From contig JAKFWF010000049.1 of NCBI GenBank assembly GCA_021730785.1, positions 136,025 to 200,024 of the forward strand: DNA of 64,000 bases, in the 5' to 3' direction. Origin of the DNA: Hyphomicrobiaceae bacterium. Lineage in GTDB: Bacteria > Pseudomonadota > Alphaproteobacteria > Rhizobiales > Hyphomicrobiaceae. The notes under the pieces are model-generated. The model was not told where the DNA came from. It saw only the letters and a program-made list of their open reading frames with translations, and ran no database searches. Position 1 is the stretch's first letter. Each line of letters opens with the position of its first letter. Made by a program: the position numbers and the translations under genes. Positions 46,759 to 56,681 of this stretch are shown here, in pieces.

Positions 46759-49230
46759 ATGATCGAACTTCCAAGCCAGGCCAGAGTCGTGATCATCGGC
46801 GGCGGCGTGATCGGCTGTTCGGTCGCCTATCATCTGGCGAAGCTCGGCTGGCGCGATGTCGTCCTGCTGGAGCGCAAGCAGCTCACCTGCGGCACCACCT
46901 GGCATGCGGCCGGCCTCATCGCGCAATTGCGAGCGACCGCCAATATGACCAAGCTCGCCAAGTACACGCAGGAACTGTATGGCACGCTCGAAGCGGAGAC
47001 GGGGCTCGCGACCGGCTTCAAGCGCGTCGGGTCGATCTCGGTCGCGCTGACTGACGAGCGTTATGAGGAGCTGCAGCGTGGCGCCTCGATGGCACGTGCG
47101 TTCGGCGTCGAGGTCGAGACGATCTCCGTCACTGAGGCCAAGCGCCGCCACCCGCTATTGAACATCGATGGCGTGGTCGGCGCCATCTATCTGCCGAAGG
47201 ACGGTCAGGGCGATCCCGGCAACATCGCCCTCGCGCTCGCCAAGGGTGCCCGGCAGAACGGCGCCACGATCATCGAGGGCGTGAAGGTCACCGGCGTTTC
47301 GACCGCCGGCGGCCGCGTCACCGGCGTCACCACCGAACGGGGACCCCTTAAGGCGGACGTCGTCGTCAACTGCGCCGGCATGTGGGGCCGCGAGGTCGGC
47401 CGCATGGCCGGCGTGCCGCTGCCATTGCAGGCGTGCGAGCATTTCTACGTCGTCACCGAGGCCAGTCCCGACATTCCCCGCAGCTTGCCTGTCCTTCGCG
47501 TGCCGGACGAGTGCGCCTACTACAAGGAGGATGCCGGCAAGATCCTGCTCGGCGCCTTCGAACTCGGTGCCAAGCCCTGGCGTGTCGACGGCATCCCGGA
47601 CGATTTCTGCTTCGACCAGATCCCGGAAGACTTCGACCATTTCGCACCGATCCTGGAGCGGGCGACGCATCGCATGCCGATGCTGGAAAAGGTCGGCATC
47701 CATACATTCTTTAACGGTCCGGAAAGCTTCACGCACGATGTGCGCTATCTGCTGGGCGAGGCGCCGGCGCTGGCGAATTTCTACGTCGCTTGCGGCTTCA
47801 ACTCGATCGGCATCCAGTCGGCGGGAGGCGCCGGCAAGGCGCTCGCCGAATGGATCGACGGCGGCGCACCGCCGTTTGATCTGTGGGATGTCGATGTGCG
47901 CCGCACGTTTCCCTACCAGGCGACAAAGTCGTTCATCACTTCGCGGGTAAAAGAAACCCTCGGACTGCTGTATGCCGATCACTATCCCTATCGCCAGTAC
48001 GCAACGGCGCGCAATGTACGGCACACGCCGTTCTATCACCAGCTGAAGGCGCGCGGCGCCTGCTTCGGCGAAACCGCCGGTTGGGAGCGCGCGAACTGGT
48101 TTGTGCCGGAGGCCGATTTCGCGCGCGGCGTTGCGCCAGCCTACGAGTATTCCTGGAAGCGGCAGAACTGGTTTGCCCATTCTGCGGCCGAGCATCAGGC
48201 CGTGCGAACCGCCGTCGGCCTCATCGACATGAGCGCGTTTGGCAAGTTCCGCGTCGAAGGGCGCGATGCGGAGGCCGTGCTGCAACGCTTGTGCGCCAAC
48301 GACGTGGCGGTCGAACCGGGCAAAATCGTCTACACGCAGTGGCTGAACGCGCGCGGTGGCATCGAAGCCGACCTCACCGTGACGCGACTGTCGGAAACCT
48401 CTTTCATCATCGTCACGTCGGCTGCGACCACGACGCGCGATTTCGCCTGGCTTACGCGGCACTTGCCCGACGACGCAAACTGCATGGCGTTCGACGTGAC
48501 GAGTGGCGAAGCCTGTCTCGCCGTCATGGGGCCGAACGCGCGGGTGATGCTGCAGGGGCTGACGACCGCCGATCTGTCGAATGCGGCGTTTGCCTTCGGC
48601 ACGGCGAAGTCGATCGAACTTGGCATGGCAATCGTGCGCGCCCACCGGGTGACCTATGTCGGCGAACTCGGCTGGGAACTCTACATGCCGACGGAGTTCG
48701 CAACCCATGTGTTCGACACGATCCTGGCGGCCGGTGCCGCGCACGGTCTGCGCCTTGCCGGCATGCATGCGATGGACAGTCTGCGCATGGAAAAGGCCTA
48801 TCGCCACTTCGGGCACGACATCGGCGACGAGGATCATGTGCTGGAAGCCGGACTGGGCTTTGCGGTCAAGGTCGATAAACCGAAAGGACGCTTTGGCGCC
48901 TTCCTGGGGCGCGAAGCTGTACTGGCCAAGAAGCAGGCCGGTCTCGAAAAGCGCCTCGTGCAGTTCCAGCTGAAGGACGCAGGGCCGCTGCTTTATCACA
49001 ACGAAGCGATTGTGAAGAACGGCAGCATTGTCGGCTATCTGACGTCCGGCGCATACGGCCATCACCTGGGTGCTGCCATCGGCCTCGGCTATGTGCCGTG
49101 CCGTGCCGGTGCGGCGGCGGATGAGACGCTGGCAGCGCGTTACGAGATCGAAGTGGCCGGCGTCAGGGTGCCGGCCATCGCCAGCCTGAAACCGCTCTAT
49201 GATCCAACGAGCGCGCGCATCCGCGCCTGA
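46759..49230 (+). CDS. dimethylglycine/sarcosine dehydrogenase-like protein (FAD DAO domain fused to a GcvT-type folate-binding aminomethyltransferase domain)
   Basis: N-terminal VVIIGGGVIGCSVAYHLAK and TCGTTWHAAGL. The C-terminal half has GcvT-like blocks (GLIDMSAFGKFRVEGRDA ... RMEKAYRHFGHD). Confidence 0.9.
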   Translation: MIELPSQARVVIIGGGVIGCSVAYHLAKLGWRDVVLLERKQLTCGTTWHAAGLIAQLRATANMTKLAKYTQELYGTLEAETGLATGFKRVGSISVALTDERYEELQRGASMARAFGVEVETISVTEAKRRHPLLNIDGVVGAIYLPKDGQGDPGNIALALAKGARQNGATIIEGVKVTGVSTAGGRVTGVTTERGPLKADVVVNCAGMWGREVGRMAGVPLPLQACEHFYVVTEASPDIPRSLPVLRVPDECAYYKEDAGKILLGAFELGAKPWRVDGIPDDFCFDQIPEDFDHFAPILERATHRMPMLEKVGIHTFFNGPESFTHDVRYLLGEAPALANFYVACGFNSIGIQSAGGAGKALAEWIDGGAPPFDLWDVDVRRTFPYQATKSFITSRVKETLGLLYADHYPYRQYATARNVRHTPFYHQLKARGACFGETAGWERANWFVPEADFARGVAPAYEYSWKRQNWFAHSAAEHQAVRTAVGLIDMSAFGKFRVEGRDAEAVLQRLCANDVAVEPGKIVYTQWLNARGGIEADLTVTRLSETSFIIVTSAATTTRDFAWLTRHLPDDANCMAFDVTSGEACLAVMGPNARVMLQGLTTADLSNAAFAFGTAKSIELGMAIVRAHRVTYVGELGWELYMPTEFATHVFDTILAAGAAHGLRLAGMHAMDSLRMEKAYRHFGHDIGDEDHVLEAGLGFAVKVDKPKGRFGAFLGREAVLAKKQAGLEKRLVQFQLKDAGPLLYHNEAIVKNGSIVGYLTSGAYGHHLGAAIGLGYVPCRAGAAADETLAARYEIEVAGVRVPAIASLKPLYDPTSARIRA

Positions 49231-49247
49231 ACGCGTGGCCGGTTATG

Positions 49248-50459
49248 TTATCCCGGCGGTCCGATCGGCAGGAGCGAGGTCATCAGGTGCAGGTCGGTGC
49301 CCGTGTAGGGATGGGCGAGCGCCACCGCCTCGTCGAGTTCGACACCAAGGCCAGGCTCGGCCGACGGGATCACATAGCCGTCCTGCCAGACGATCGGCTT
49401 CTTCAGCAGCTGCGCCTGGAACCCGCCCCAGGTCTCGATGCTCTCCAGGATCAGAAAGTTCGGACTACAGGTGGCCAGCTGGATGTTGGCCGCCCCTTCG
49501 ATCGGGCCGCAATAGAGGTGCGGCGCGATCTCGGCATAGTGCGCTTCCGCCATGCCGGCGATCTTCTTGGCCTCCAATAACCCGCCGACGCGGCCAAGCG
49601 CCATCTGCAGAATCGAAGCCGCCTGCAATTCGAGTACGCGGCTGAACTCATACTTGGTGGTGAGCCGCTCGCCGGTCGCGATCGGGATCGTGGTCTGGCG
49701 GGCGACGCGCGCCATCTCCTCGGGCACCTCGGGCGGCGTCGGTTCCTCGAACCACAGCGGGTCGTAGGCTTCGAGCCGGCGGGCGAGGCGGATCGCGCCC
49801 GACGTGGTGAACTGGCCGTGCGTACCAAACAGCAGATCGCACCTGGTGCCGACGGCCGCGCGCAAGGTCCGGCAGAACGTTTCCGACAGCTCCATGCGTT
49901 CGAGACTCGGCTGGCGCGGATCAAAGCCGCCGTACCAGCCTGCGGGATCGAACTTCAGTCCGGTGAAGCCCTGCTTGACGTACTCGACAGCCCGCTCGGC
50001 CGCGATGTCCGGGTTGCGGTAGACGGGCGAATCGCTGTGCGCGTCTTCGCCCGGCTGGCGCGGATAGATGTAGGTGTAGGTGCGCAGCTTCTCGTGTACG
50101 CGCCCACCGAGCAGTTCATAGACCGGCTTGTTCACCGCCTTGCCGACGATATCCCACATCGCCATTTCGATGCCCGACAGCACCCCCATCAGCGAGATGT
50201 CGGGCCGGTGGGAGTAACCGCGGCCATAGACCTGGCGCCAGAGTTTCTCGATATGGAACGGATCGGCGCCCAGCACGTGGTGCTCGAACACATCCTCGAT
50301 CATGGCGACGATGGTCTTGGGTCCAAATGTGGCGGCATAGACTTCGCCGACGCCCTCGATGCCGGTATCGGTGACGAGTTTGAGGAACAGGAAATACCGC
50401 CCGCCCTGGCGCGGCGGCGGATTGCCGACGACGAAGGTTTTCAGTGCGATGATTTTCAT
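49248..50459 (-). CDS. enolase-superfamily dehydratase (mandelate racemase/muconate lactonizing family, galactonate-dehydratase-like)
   Basis: The ATG at 50459 is preceded by GAGAGGG. MKIIALKTFVV...FLFLKLVTDTGIEGVGEVY, AMWDIVGKAVNKPVYELLGG, and the metal-ligand region (FEEP). Confidence 0.85.
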   Translation of the reverse strand: MKIIALKTFVVGNPPPRQGGRYFLFLKLVTDTGIEGVGEVYAATFGPKTIVAMIEDVFEHHVLGADPFHIEKLWRQVYGRGYSHRPDISLMGVLSGIEMAMWDIVGKAVNKPVYELLGGRVHEKLRTYTYIYPRQPGEDAHSDSPVYRNPDIAAERAVEYVKQGFTGLKFDPAGWYGGFDPRQPSLERMELSETFCRTLRAAVGTRCDLLFGTHGQFTTSGAIRLARRLEAYDPLWFEEPTPPEVPEEMARVARQTTIPIATGERLTTKYEFSRVLELQAASILQMALGRVGGLLEAKKIAGMAEAHYAEIAPHLYCGPIEGAANIQLATCSPNFLILESIETWGGFQAQLLKKPIVWQDGYVIPSAEPGLGVELDEAVALAHPYTGTDLHLMTSLLPIGPPG

Positions 50460-50532
50460 GGCCAGCACCCTCTCACTTCAGAGGCCGTGGTTGTCGGCAG
50501 CTTGGCGAGGCTTGTCAAATCGGGCGCGCGGC

Positions 50533-51813
50533 TCACGCAGTGGGGAACCGGCGATCGACCGACATCGGCCGATGGCTGAGGCCGAGAGCCGTGCGCCGCG
50601 GCGGGGTGCGGGCCACCACGCGTCCCTTCGAGACGACCACGAGGCGCGTCGCCCGGAGCCTGATCGCCTCGATTTTGTCGCCAGCTTCCAACACGACGAG
50701 GCTCGCCACACACCCAGGCTCCAGGCCATAGCCCTGCAACCCCATGATCTTCGCGGGTTCGCTCGTCACCATGTCGAAGCAGCGGCGCATGTCGTCGGGG
50801 CTCGTCATCGGCGCAACGTGCAGCCCCATGAACGCCACGTCGAGCATGTCGGCGGTGCCGAGCGCATACCAGGGATCGAGCACGCAATCCTGGCCGAAGC
50901 CGACGGTGACGCCCGCGTCCAGCAACTCGCGCACGCGCGTCAGCCCGCGCCGCTTCGGGTACGTATCGTGGCGGCCCTGCAGGGTGATGTTGATCAGCGG
51001 ATTCGCAATTGCGGCGACGCCGGCTTCCGCGATCAGCGGCAGCAGCTTTGAGACATAGTAGTTGTCCATCGAGTGCATGGAGGTCAGGTGCGAGCCAGCG
51101 ACACGGCCTTGCAGTCCGTGCCGCCGGGTCTCGGCGGCGAGCGTCTCGATGTGGCGCGACAGCGGGTCGTCGGTCTCGTCGCAGTGCATGTCGACGGCGA
51201 GGCCACGGTCGGCGGCAAGCCGTACCAGCAGCTCGACCGAGCGGCGGCCTTCCTCCATCGTGCGTTCGAAATGCGGGATGCCGCCGACGATGTCAACGCC
51301 GCGGTCGAGGGCGCGGGCGAGGTTGGCCGCTGCCGTCGGAGACCTCAGGTATCCATCCTGCGGGAACGCGACCAGCTGCAAATCGAGGTAGGGGGCGACG
51401 CGCTTCTTCACGTCGAGCAGGGCATCGACCGCCAGCAGCCGGTCGTCGCAGATGTCGACGTGGCTGCGGATCGCGAGCAGGCCCATGGCGACCGCCCAGT
51501 CGCAGTAGGCGAGCGCGCGTTCGACCACGGCGTCGTGTGTCAGCTGCGGCTTAAGTTCGCCCCATAGCGCAATGCCCTCCAGCAGCGTGCCCGAGGCATT
51601 GATGCGGGGCTGCCCGTACGACAGCGTCGCGTCCATGTGGAAGTGGGCGTCGACGAACGGCGGCGCGACAAGGCAGCCGGTCGCATCGATGCGCTGGCCC
51701 GCCTCGGCATCGAGGTGCGGTGCGACCGCGGTGATCTTGGCGCCGGTGATGCCGATGTCGGCGCGGGTGCCGTCGGGAAACGTGCCGCCGGCGATGATGA
51801 GGTCGAAAGTCAT
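50533..51813 (-). CDS. amidohydrolase family protein (cytosine-deaminase-like)
   Basis: The ATG at 51813 is preceded by GGAG. Metal-binding FVDAHFHMD, plus MHCDETDD and GQDCVLDPWY blocks. Confidence 0.85.
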   Translation of the reverse strand: MTFDLIIAGGTFPDGTRADIGITGAKITAVAPHLDAEAGQRIDATGCLVAPPFVDAHFHMDATLSYGQPRINASGTLLEGIALWGELKPQLTHDAVVERALAYCDWAVAMGLLAIRSHVDICDDRLLAVDALLDVKKRVAPYLDLQLVAFPQDGYLRSPTAAANLARALDRGVDIVGGIPHFERTMEEGRRSVELLVRLAADRGLAVDMHCDETDDPLSRHIETLAAETRRHGLQGRVAGSHLTSMHSMDNYYVSKLLPLIAEAGVAAIANPLINITLQGRHDTYPKRRGLTRVRELLDAGVTVGFGQDCVLDPWYALGTADMLDVAFMGLHVAPMTSPDDMRRCFDMVTSEPAKIMGLQGYGLEPGCVASLVVLEAGDKIEAIRLRATRLVVVSKGRVVARTPPRRTALGLSHRPMSVDRRFPTA

Positions 51814-52047
51814 GGGAAGCTCCGCGGGCGGGTGTGACGGGGGGCCGAGCTGGCGTGCCAATCGTTGTTGGACATGATCCCGAGACAACCATTTCGCGCC
51901 GTGCCGTACCAGCGATTCCGGATGGGCTGCTGCACCGCCTGCGATTTCTCGACAGATCCACGCGGTGCGCACACTGTTCGCCACGGGCGCCGATCTGGTA
52001 TGCAGGACAGCGGTTTTGGCGGCATGAGCAGTGGTTGAGGATCAACG

Positions 52048-53124
52048 ATGCGTCTCTACGTTTTGCCCTGTGACGGCATCGGCCCGGAAATCACCAAGGC
52101 TGCGCTCGAGGTAACCGAGGCTGCGAGCCAGCGCTTCGCGCTCGGCTTGACCTACACCTATGATGATGTCGGCTTCGTCAGTCTCGAAAAGCACGGCACG
52201 ACGCTGCGCCCGGACATTCTCGAAACCGCCAGGACCTTCGACGGCATAATCCTCGGCACCCAGTCGCACGCCGACTATCCGGCGCCCGAGAAGGGCGGGC
52301 GCAACGTCTCGGCGGCATTCCGCGTCGGCCTCGATCTTTTCGCAAATGTGCGGCCCGCCAGGACTCGCCCGTTCCTGCCAACCAACATGCGGGCGGGGCG
52401 CACGATGGACCTCGTCATCATGCGAGAGGCGACGGAAGGGTTCTATCCCGATCGCAACATGACCAGGGGCTGGGGCGAAGTGATGCCGAGCCCCGACATG
52501 GCGTTGTCGACCCGCAAGATCACGCGGGCCTGCAGCGAGCGGATCGCCCGCAAGGCCTTCGAGCTGGCGACGCTGCGGCGCAACAAGGTCACGGCGGTGC
52601 ACAAGGTCAATAGCTTTCACATGACCGACGGGCTGTTCCTCGAGTGCGTGCGCCATGTCGCCAAGGAGTTCCCGCAGGTCGCCCTCGATGATCTGCTGAT
52701 CGACGCGTCGACCGCGCATCTCGTGAGGTCGCCCGAACGGTTTGACGTAATCGTGGCCACGAACTTCTACGGCGACATCCTGTCCGATCTCGCCAGCGAG
52801 CTTGCGGGCGGCCTTGGCCTCGCCGGCTCGATGATGGCGAGCGACACCCACTGCTGCGCCCAGGCCCAGCATGGCTCCGCACCGGACATCGCCGGCCGCA
52901 ACATCGCCAACCCGACATCCATGATGCTGTCGGTCGCCATGCTGCTCGCCTGGATGGCGACGCGGCATGGCAAGCCGGCCTTGCACAAGGCGGCGCAGGC
53001 GATCGAGACGGCGGTCGATGCGGTGCTCGCCGATCCAGCGTCGCGCACGGCTGATCTGGGCGGCACATGCAGCACCGCTGAGTTTGGCTCCCGTGTCGCG
53101 GCCGCGGTGTCAAAGCAAGCCTGA
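52048..53124 (+). CDS. isocitrate/isopropylmalate dehydrogenase family protein (tartrate/3-IPM dehydrogenase-like)
   Basis: LPCDGIGPEI, NVRP, MREATEGFY, NFYGDILSDLASELAGGLGLAGS, HGSAPDIAG. Confidence 0.85.
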   Translation: MRLYVLPCDGIGPEITKAALEVTEAASQRFALGLTYTYDDVGFVSLEKHGTTLRPDILETARTFDGIILGTQSHADYPAPEKGGRNVSAAFRVGLDLFANVRPARTRPFLPTNMRAGRTMDLVIMREATEGFYPDRNMTRGWGEVMPSPDMALSTRKITRACSERIARKAFELATLRRNKVTAVHKVNSFHMTDGLFLECVRHVAKEFPQVALDDLLIDASTAHLVRSPERFDVIVATNFYGDILSDLASELAGGLGLAGSMMASDTHCCAQAQHGSAPDIAGRNIANPTSMMLSVAMLLAWMATRHGKPALHKAAQAIETAVDAVLADPASRTADLGGTCSTAEFGSRVAAAVSKQA

Positions 53125-53281
53125 GACTGAGTGCGCGCGGTCGGTGGCTTCGGTCGCGACATCGACGGTCGGTGCCTGCAATCCTGCTCCTCGATCCGGG
53201 CGGTTGCAGTTCTGACGCCATCTGCCGCACGATTGCCACTCGCGAGAGATCGGAATTGTCCGCACGGGGGAGCGCTACGTC

Positions 53282-54946
53282 ATGGCCCACAACCAGATCA
53301 CCGGCCGCTCGGCTTTCCTCGCCCTGCTGAAGGACGAAGGCGTCACGCACCTGTTCGGCAATCCCGGCACCACCGAGCTGCCGATCATGCACGCGCTGAA
53401 GGAGCATCCCGATCTCACGTACGTCATGGCCATGCAGGAGAGCCTGGTCGTTGCCATGGCCGACGGCTTCGGACGCGCCTCGGGCAAGCTCACCGCCTGC
53501 AACGTGCACGTGGCGCCGGGCCTCGGCAACGCGATGGGCTCTCTCTACAATGCGAAGTTCACCGGCACGCCGATGATCCTGACCGCCGGCCAGCAGGAAC
53601 AGGGCCACGGCCTGACCGAGCCACTGCTGTATGATCCGCTGGTGCCGATCGCGCAGCCGCTGGTCAAATGGGCGATCGAGGTGACCCGGCTCGAAGATCT
53701 GCCGCGCATCCTGCGCCGCGCCGCCAAGGTCGCCATGACGCCGCCGACCGGGCCGGTGTTCATTTCGCTGCCCGGCGACATCCTCAACATGGAAGCCGGC
53801 ATCGACCTGGGCACCTCGACGCGCGTCGACAGCCGCGTGCGGCCCTCCGATGAAGCGCTGGCGGCCCTGGCCGATCGCATTCTGAAGGCCGAGCGGCCGC
53901 TGATCATCGCCGGCGACGAGATCGTCAAGAGTGATGCGCTGGCTGATGCGGCAGCCTTTGCCGAGATGATCGGCGCCGCCGCCATGCAGCAGACCATCAC
54001 ATACGGTTCACATTTCCTGTCCGAAAGCCCCTGCTACATGGGTTACCTCACGCGTGACCAGCCCGAGGTGCGCGCCGTGCTGGCGAAGTATGATCTGCTG
54101 GTCGTGCTCGGCGCCGATCCGCTGCGCATGTCGGTGTGGAGTGCGGTCGATCCGATGCCGGATGGCCTCGAGATGGTGCAAGTCGGCCTCGTCGACTGGG
54201 ACCTTGCCAAGAACTATCCGGCAAAGATTGCGCTGCGTGCGGACGTGAAGGAGACGCTCAAGGCGCTGATGCCTGTGTTGGCGAAGAAAGGCGGCACGGC
54301 GCTAAAGGAGCGGGCGGCGCATCGGGTGGCGGAGCTCAAGTCGCAGAACTGGACGGCAAAGCGGGCAAAGCTCGTGGCTGCGATCGAAACGCGCGCTGCG
54401 ACGAAGCCGATCGATGTCGATGTGTTGTCGCTGCGCCTCGTCGAGGCGCTGCCGAAGGATGCCATCCTGGTCAACGAGGGGCTGACCACGTCGCGCCGCA
54501 TCTGCGATCTCTACGCCTACCGCGACCGCTACAACTTCCACGGCCTAGCCTCGGGCGGCATCGGCTGGAGCTTGCCGGCGTCGGTCGGTATCGCGATGGC
54601 GCAGAAGGGCCGGCCTGTTGTTACCTATGTCGGCGACGGCAGCGCCATGTACTCGATCCAGGCGCTGTGGACGGCGGCTCACCACAAGCTGCCGATCACG
54701 ACAGTGCTGTGCAACAACGGCGGCTATCGCATCATCAAGCAGCGGCTGAAATCGTTCCACCAGAACGAGCAGTACATCGGCATGGACTTCGCCGATCCGA
54801 AAGTCGATTTCGTCAGTCTCGCAACCGCGATGGGCATGAAAGCCACCCGCATATCGGATCCAGATGCCATAAAGCCAGCATTGCAGGCAGCCATCGCGAG
54901 CGGGGCGCCGTCGCTGCTGGACGTCGTCGTCGATGGACGGGTGTGA
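53282..54946 (+). CDS. thiamine-diphosphate-dependent enzyme (benzoylformate-decarboxylase / acetolactate-synthase-like)
   Basis: N-terminal PYR domain with the catalytic Glu (LFGNPGTTELP). C-terminal ThDP motif GDGSAMYSIQALWTAAHHKLPITTVLCNNGGY. Confidence 0.85.
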   Translation: MAHNQITGRSAFLALLKDEGVTHLFGNPGTTELPIMHALKEHPDLTYVMAMQESLVVAMADGFGRASGKLTACNVHVAPGLGNAMGSLYNAKFTGTPMILTAGQQEQGHGLTEPLLYDPLVPIAQPLVKWAIEVTRLEDLPRILRRAAKVAMTPPTGPVFISLPGDILNMEAGIDLGTSTRVDSRVRPSDEALAALADRILKAERPLIIAGDEIVKSDALADAAAFAEMIGAAAMQQTITYGSHFLSESPCYMGYLTRDQPEVRAVLAKYDLLVVLGADPLRMSVWSAVDPMPDGLEMVQVGLVDWDLAKNYPAKIALRADVKETLKALMPVLAKKGGTALKERAAHRVAELKSQNWTAKRAKLVAAIETRAATKPIDVDVLSLRLVEALPKDAILVNEGLTTSRRICDLYAYRDRYNFHGLASGGIGWSLPASVGIAMAQKGRPVVTYVGDGSAMYSIQALWTAAHHKLPITTVLCNNGGYRIIKQRLKSFHQNEQYIGMDFADPKVDFVSLATAMGMKATRISDPDAIKPALQAAIASGAPSLLDVVVDGRV

Positions 54947-54981
54947 AATCACGTGAGACGCAGAATTCAAAGGGACTCCAC

Positions 54982-55860
54982 ATGACCAGCATCGTCGTCA
55001 CGGGGGGCAGCGGCAAGGCCGGCACCGCCATCATCAGGGACCTCATCGCGCACGGCCACGCCGTCATGAACGTCGACGTGGTGCCGCCGAAGGAGCCATT
55101 GTGCCACTTCTACAACGCCGATCTGACCGATATGGGCCAGGCGGTCGATGCGATCCGTCGCGCGAGCGGCACCATCGACCGCCGCCGCTCGCCGCTGGGC
55201 GATGCGAGCGCTGTCATCCACATGGCCGGCATCCCGGCGCCGAGCCTCGCGCCGGACGTAACGACGTTCCAGAACAACATGATGACCACCTACAACGTGT
55301 TCAGCGCGGCGACCCTGTTCGGCCTGCCCCGCGTGATCTGGGCGTCCAGCGAAACACTCTATGGCCTGCCGCTTACACGCTGGCAGCCGGCCGCGGCGCC
55401 GATCCTGGAAACCGATCCGCTGACGCCTGAATCCGGCTACGCGCTCGCCAAGGGCCTGTGCGAGCAGATGGCGGTCGAGATGCACCGCTGGAACCCGGGC
55501 ACCACCTTCGTCGGCATGCGGATATCGAACATCTTCGAGGCCCACGACTATGCGATGATCCCGTCGTTCTGGGAGAACCCCGATCTGCGCAAATGGAACC
55601 TGTGGAGCTGGGTCGATTCACGCGACGTTGCCCAGGCCTGCCGGCTGGCGCTCGATGCTAAAATCGGCGGCGCCGAGTGTTTCACCATCGCGGCTGCCGA
55701 CACACTCATGAAGACAACCAACCGCGAACTCCTGGCGCATTCATTCCCGACCGCCAAGCTACGCGACGGCACCGGCGACCACGACACGCTGCTGTCGATT
55801 GCCAAGGCCCGCAAGCTGTTGGGCTACGCGCCGAAGTTCACGTGGCGCACTCCCACATAG
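54982..55860 (+). CDS. NAD-dependent epimerase/dehydratase family (extended SDR) protein
   Basis: The ATG at 54982 gives IVVTGGSGKAGTAIIRDLIAHG (Rossmann motif) and a YALAK catalytic-type motif. The upstream part of the 574-aa track ORF overlaps the ThDP gene out of frame. Confidence 0.85.
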   Translation: MTSIVVTGGSGKAGTAIIRDLIAHGHAVMNVDVVPPKEPLCHFYNADLTDMGQAVDAIRRASGTIDRRRSPLGDASAVIHMAGIPAPSLAPDVTTFQNNMMTTYNVFSAATLFGLPRVIWASSETLYGLPLTRWQPAAAPILETDPLTPESGYALAKGLCEQMAVEMHRWNPGTTFVGMRISNIFEAHDYAMIPSFWENPDLRKWNLWSWVDSRDVAQACRLALDAKIGGAECFTIAAADTLMKTTNRELLAHSFPTAKLRDGTGDHDTLLSIAKARKLLGYAPKFTWRTPT

Positions 55861-55889
55861 CAGCCGGCCGCGGCGAACGGTTTGCGTTC

Positions 55890-56177
55890 TTAGGGCACAC
55901 CATCGTCCGGCTCTGCCGACAGTCGGTAGCGGCGTACACCGCCCGGCCAAGCCGCCCATGACGCTGGCACAGCCGTGATCGCGCCGCCGCCATCAGGGGG
56001 TGTTTGGTTGTCCCGAGCAAGTGCCAAAAGAAGTAGGCCCAGGATAGCCGCCGCCAAAATCATAGAGTCCCCGACCAGTTGGCTGTTCTTGATCTGGTGG
56101 GCACGCCAGCACTGATCGTCGGCTGTTTGATTACTGGCGACGACGTCATCGGTCGCTTCCGCAAAATGCGTTTTCAT
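55890..56177 (-). CDS. possible small single-pass membrane protein (95 aa)
   Basis: The ATG at 56177 is preceded by AGAGG with 6-nt spacing. One TM segment (MILAAAILGLLLLAL). Third-position GC is only about 63 percent by hand count and the C-terminal third looks non-protein-like. Confidence 0.3.
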   Translation of the reverse strand: MKTHFAEATDDVVASNQTADDQCWRAHQIKNSQLVGDSMILAAAILGLLLLALARDNQTPPDGGGAITAVPASWAAWPGGVRRYRLSAEPDDGVP

Positions 56178-56599
56178 ATCGAACCTCTTTAATGGTCGTG
56201 TGGTTGGGTCAAACGACCCCACGGATCTGACGCCGCAGCGCGGCCGATCATCCTTCGATGGCAGGACCGTCACGCGGTGCTGCCACTGCAATGTTGAACA
56301 TGGTAAACGTAGTTATTCTGCAGCGCACATCACAACTGCAGGCATTCACGGTATCGTGTGCTGCAAGGCTCGCCGCGAGGTTATCGGGCCAGGTCCCGGA
56401 TCACGCCGCAACCGCACCGGTACCACCAGCAGCAGGCAGGACAGCGCGATGTACTTGGCGAACGTGATCATTGGATCGGAGCCTCCGAATGTCGCTGACG
56501 CGAGCTGGGCCAGACCCGCACCCCGCTGGAGCAACTCCGTCCCTCCAGACCACCCACTTTGATGGTCACTGGCGACGGGCTTTCCGCACGCGGCCACCA

Positions 56600-56644
56600 G
56601 GACGAAACCAAATCAGGCGAGTTCGAGGGGACGCGTCCCCTCGA
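56600..56644 (-). terminator. putative rho-independent terminator of the MBL / sucD-like operon
   Basis: A perfect 22-nt palindrome TCGAGGGGACGCGTCCCCTCGA (56623-56644) lies 38 nt after the stop at 56682. On the minus strand it is followed by CGCCTGATTTGGTTTCG. Confidence 0.45.
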
Positions 56645-56681
56645 GCGGGTGCAGGGCGGCAGCCCTGCCGTAGCCCCACTC

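Noticed and set aside
47155-49065. 636-aa minus-strand ORF
   Set aside because: It is antisense to the dimethylglycine-dehydrogenase-like gene, shows high-GC mirror-frame composition and has no motifs.
49248-54946. Mandelate pathway (mandelate-racemase-family protein plus a benzoylformate-decarboxylase-like enzyme)
   Set aside because: The two genes are on opposite strands, separated by two unrelated genes. No mandelate dehydrogenase or benzaldehyde dehydrogenase is present. The enolase-superfamily member looks more like a sugar-acid dehydratase.
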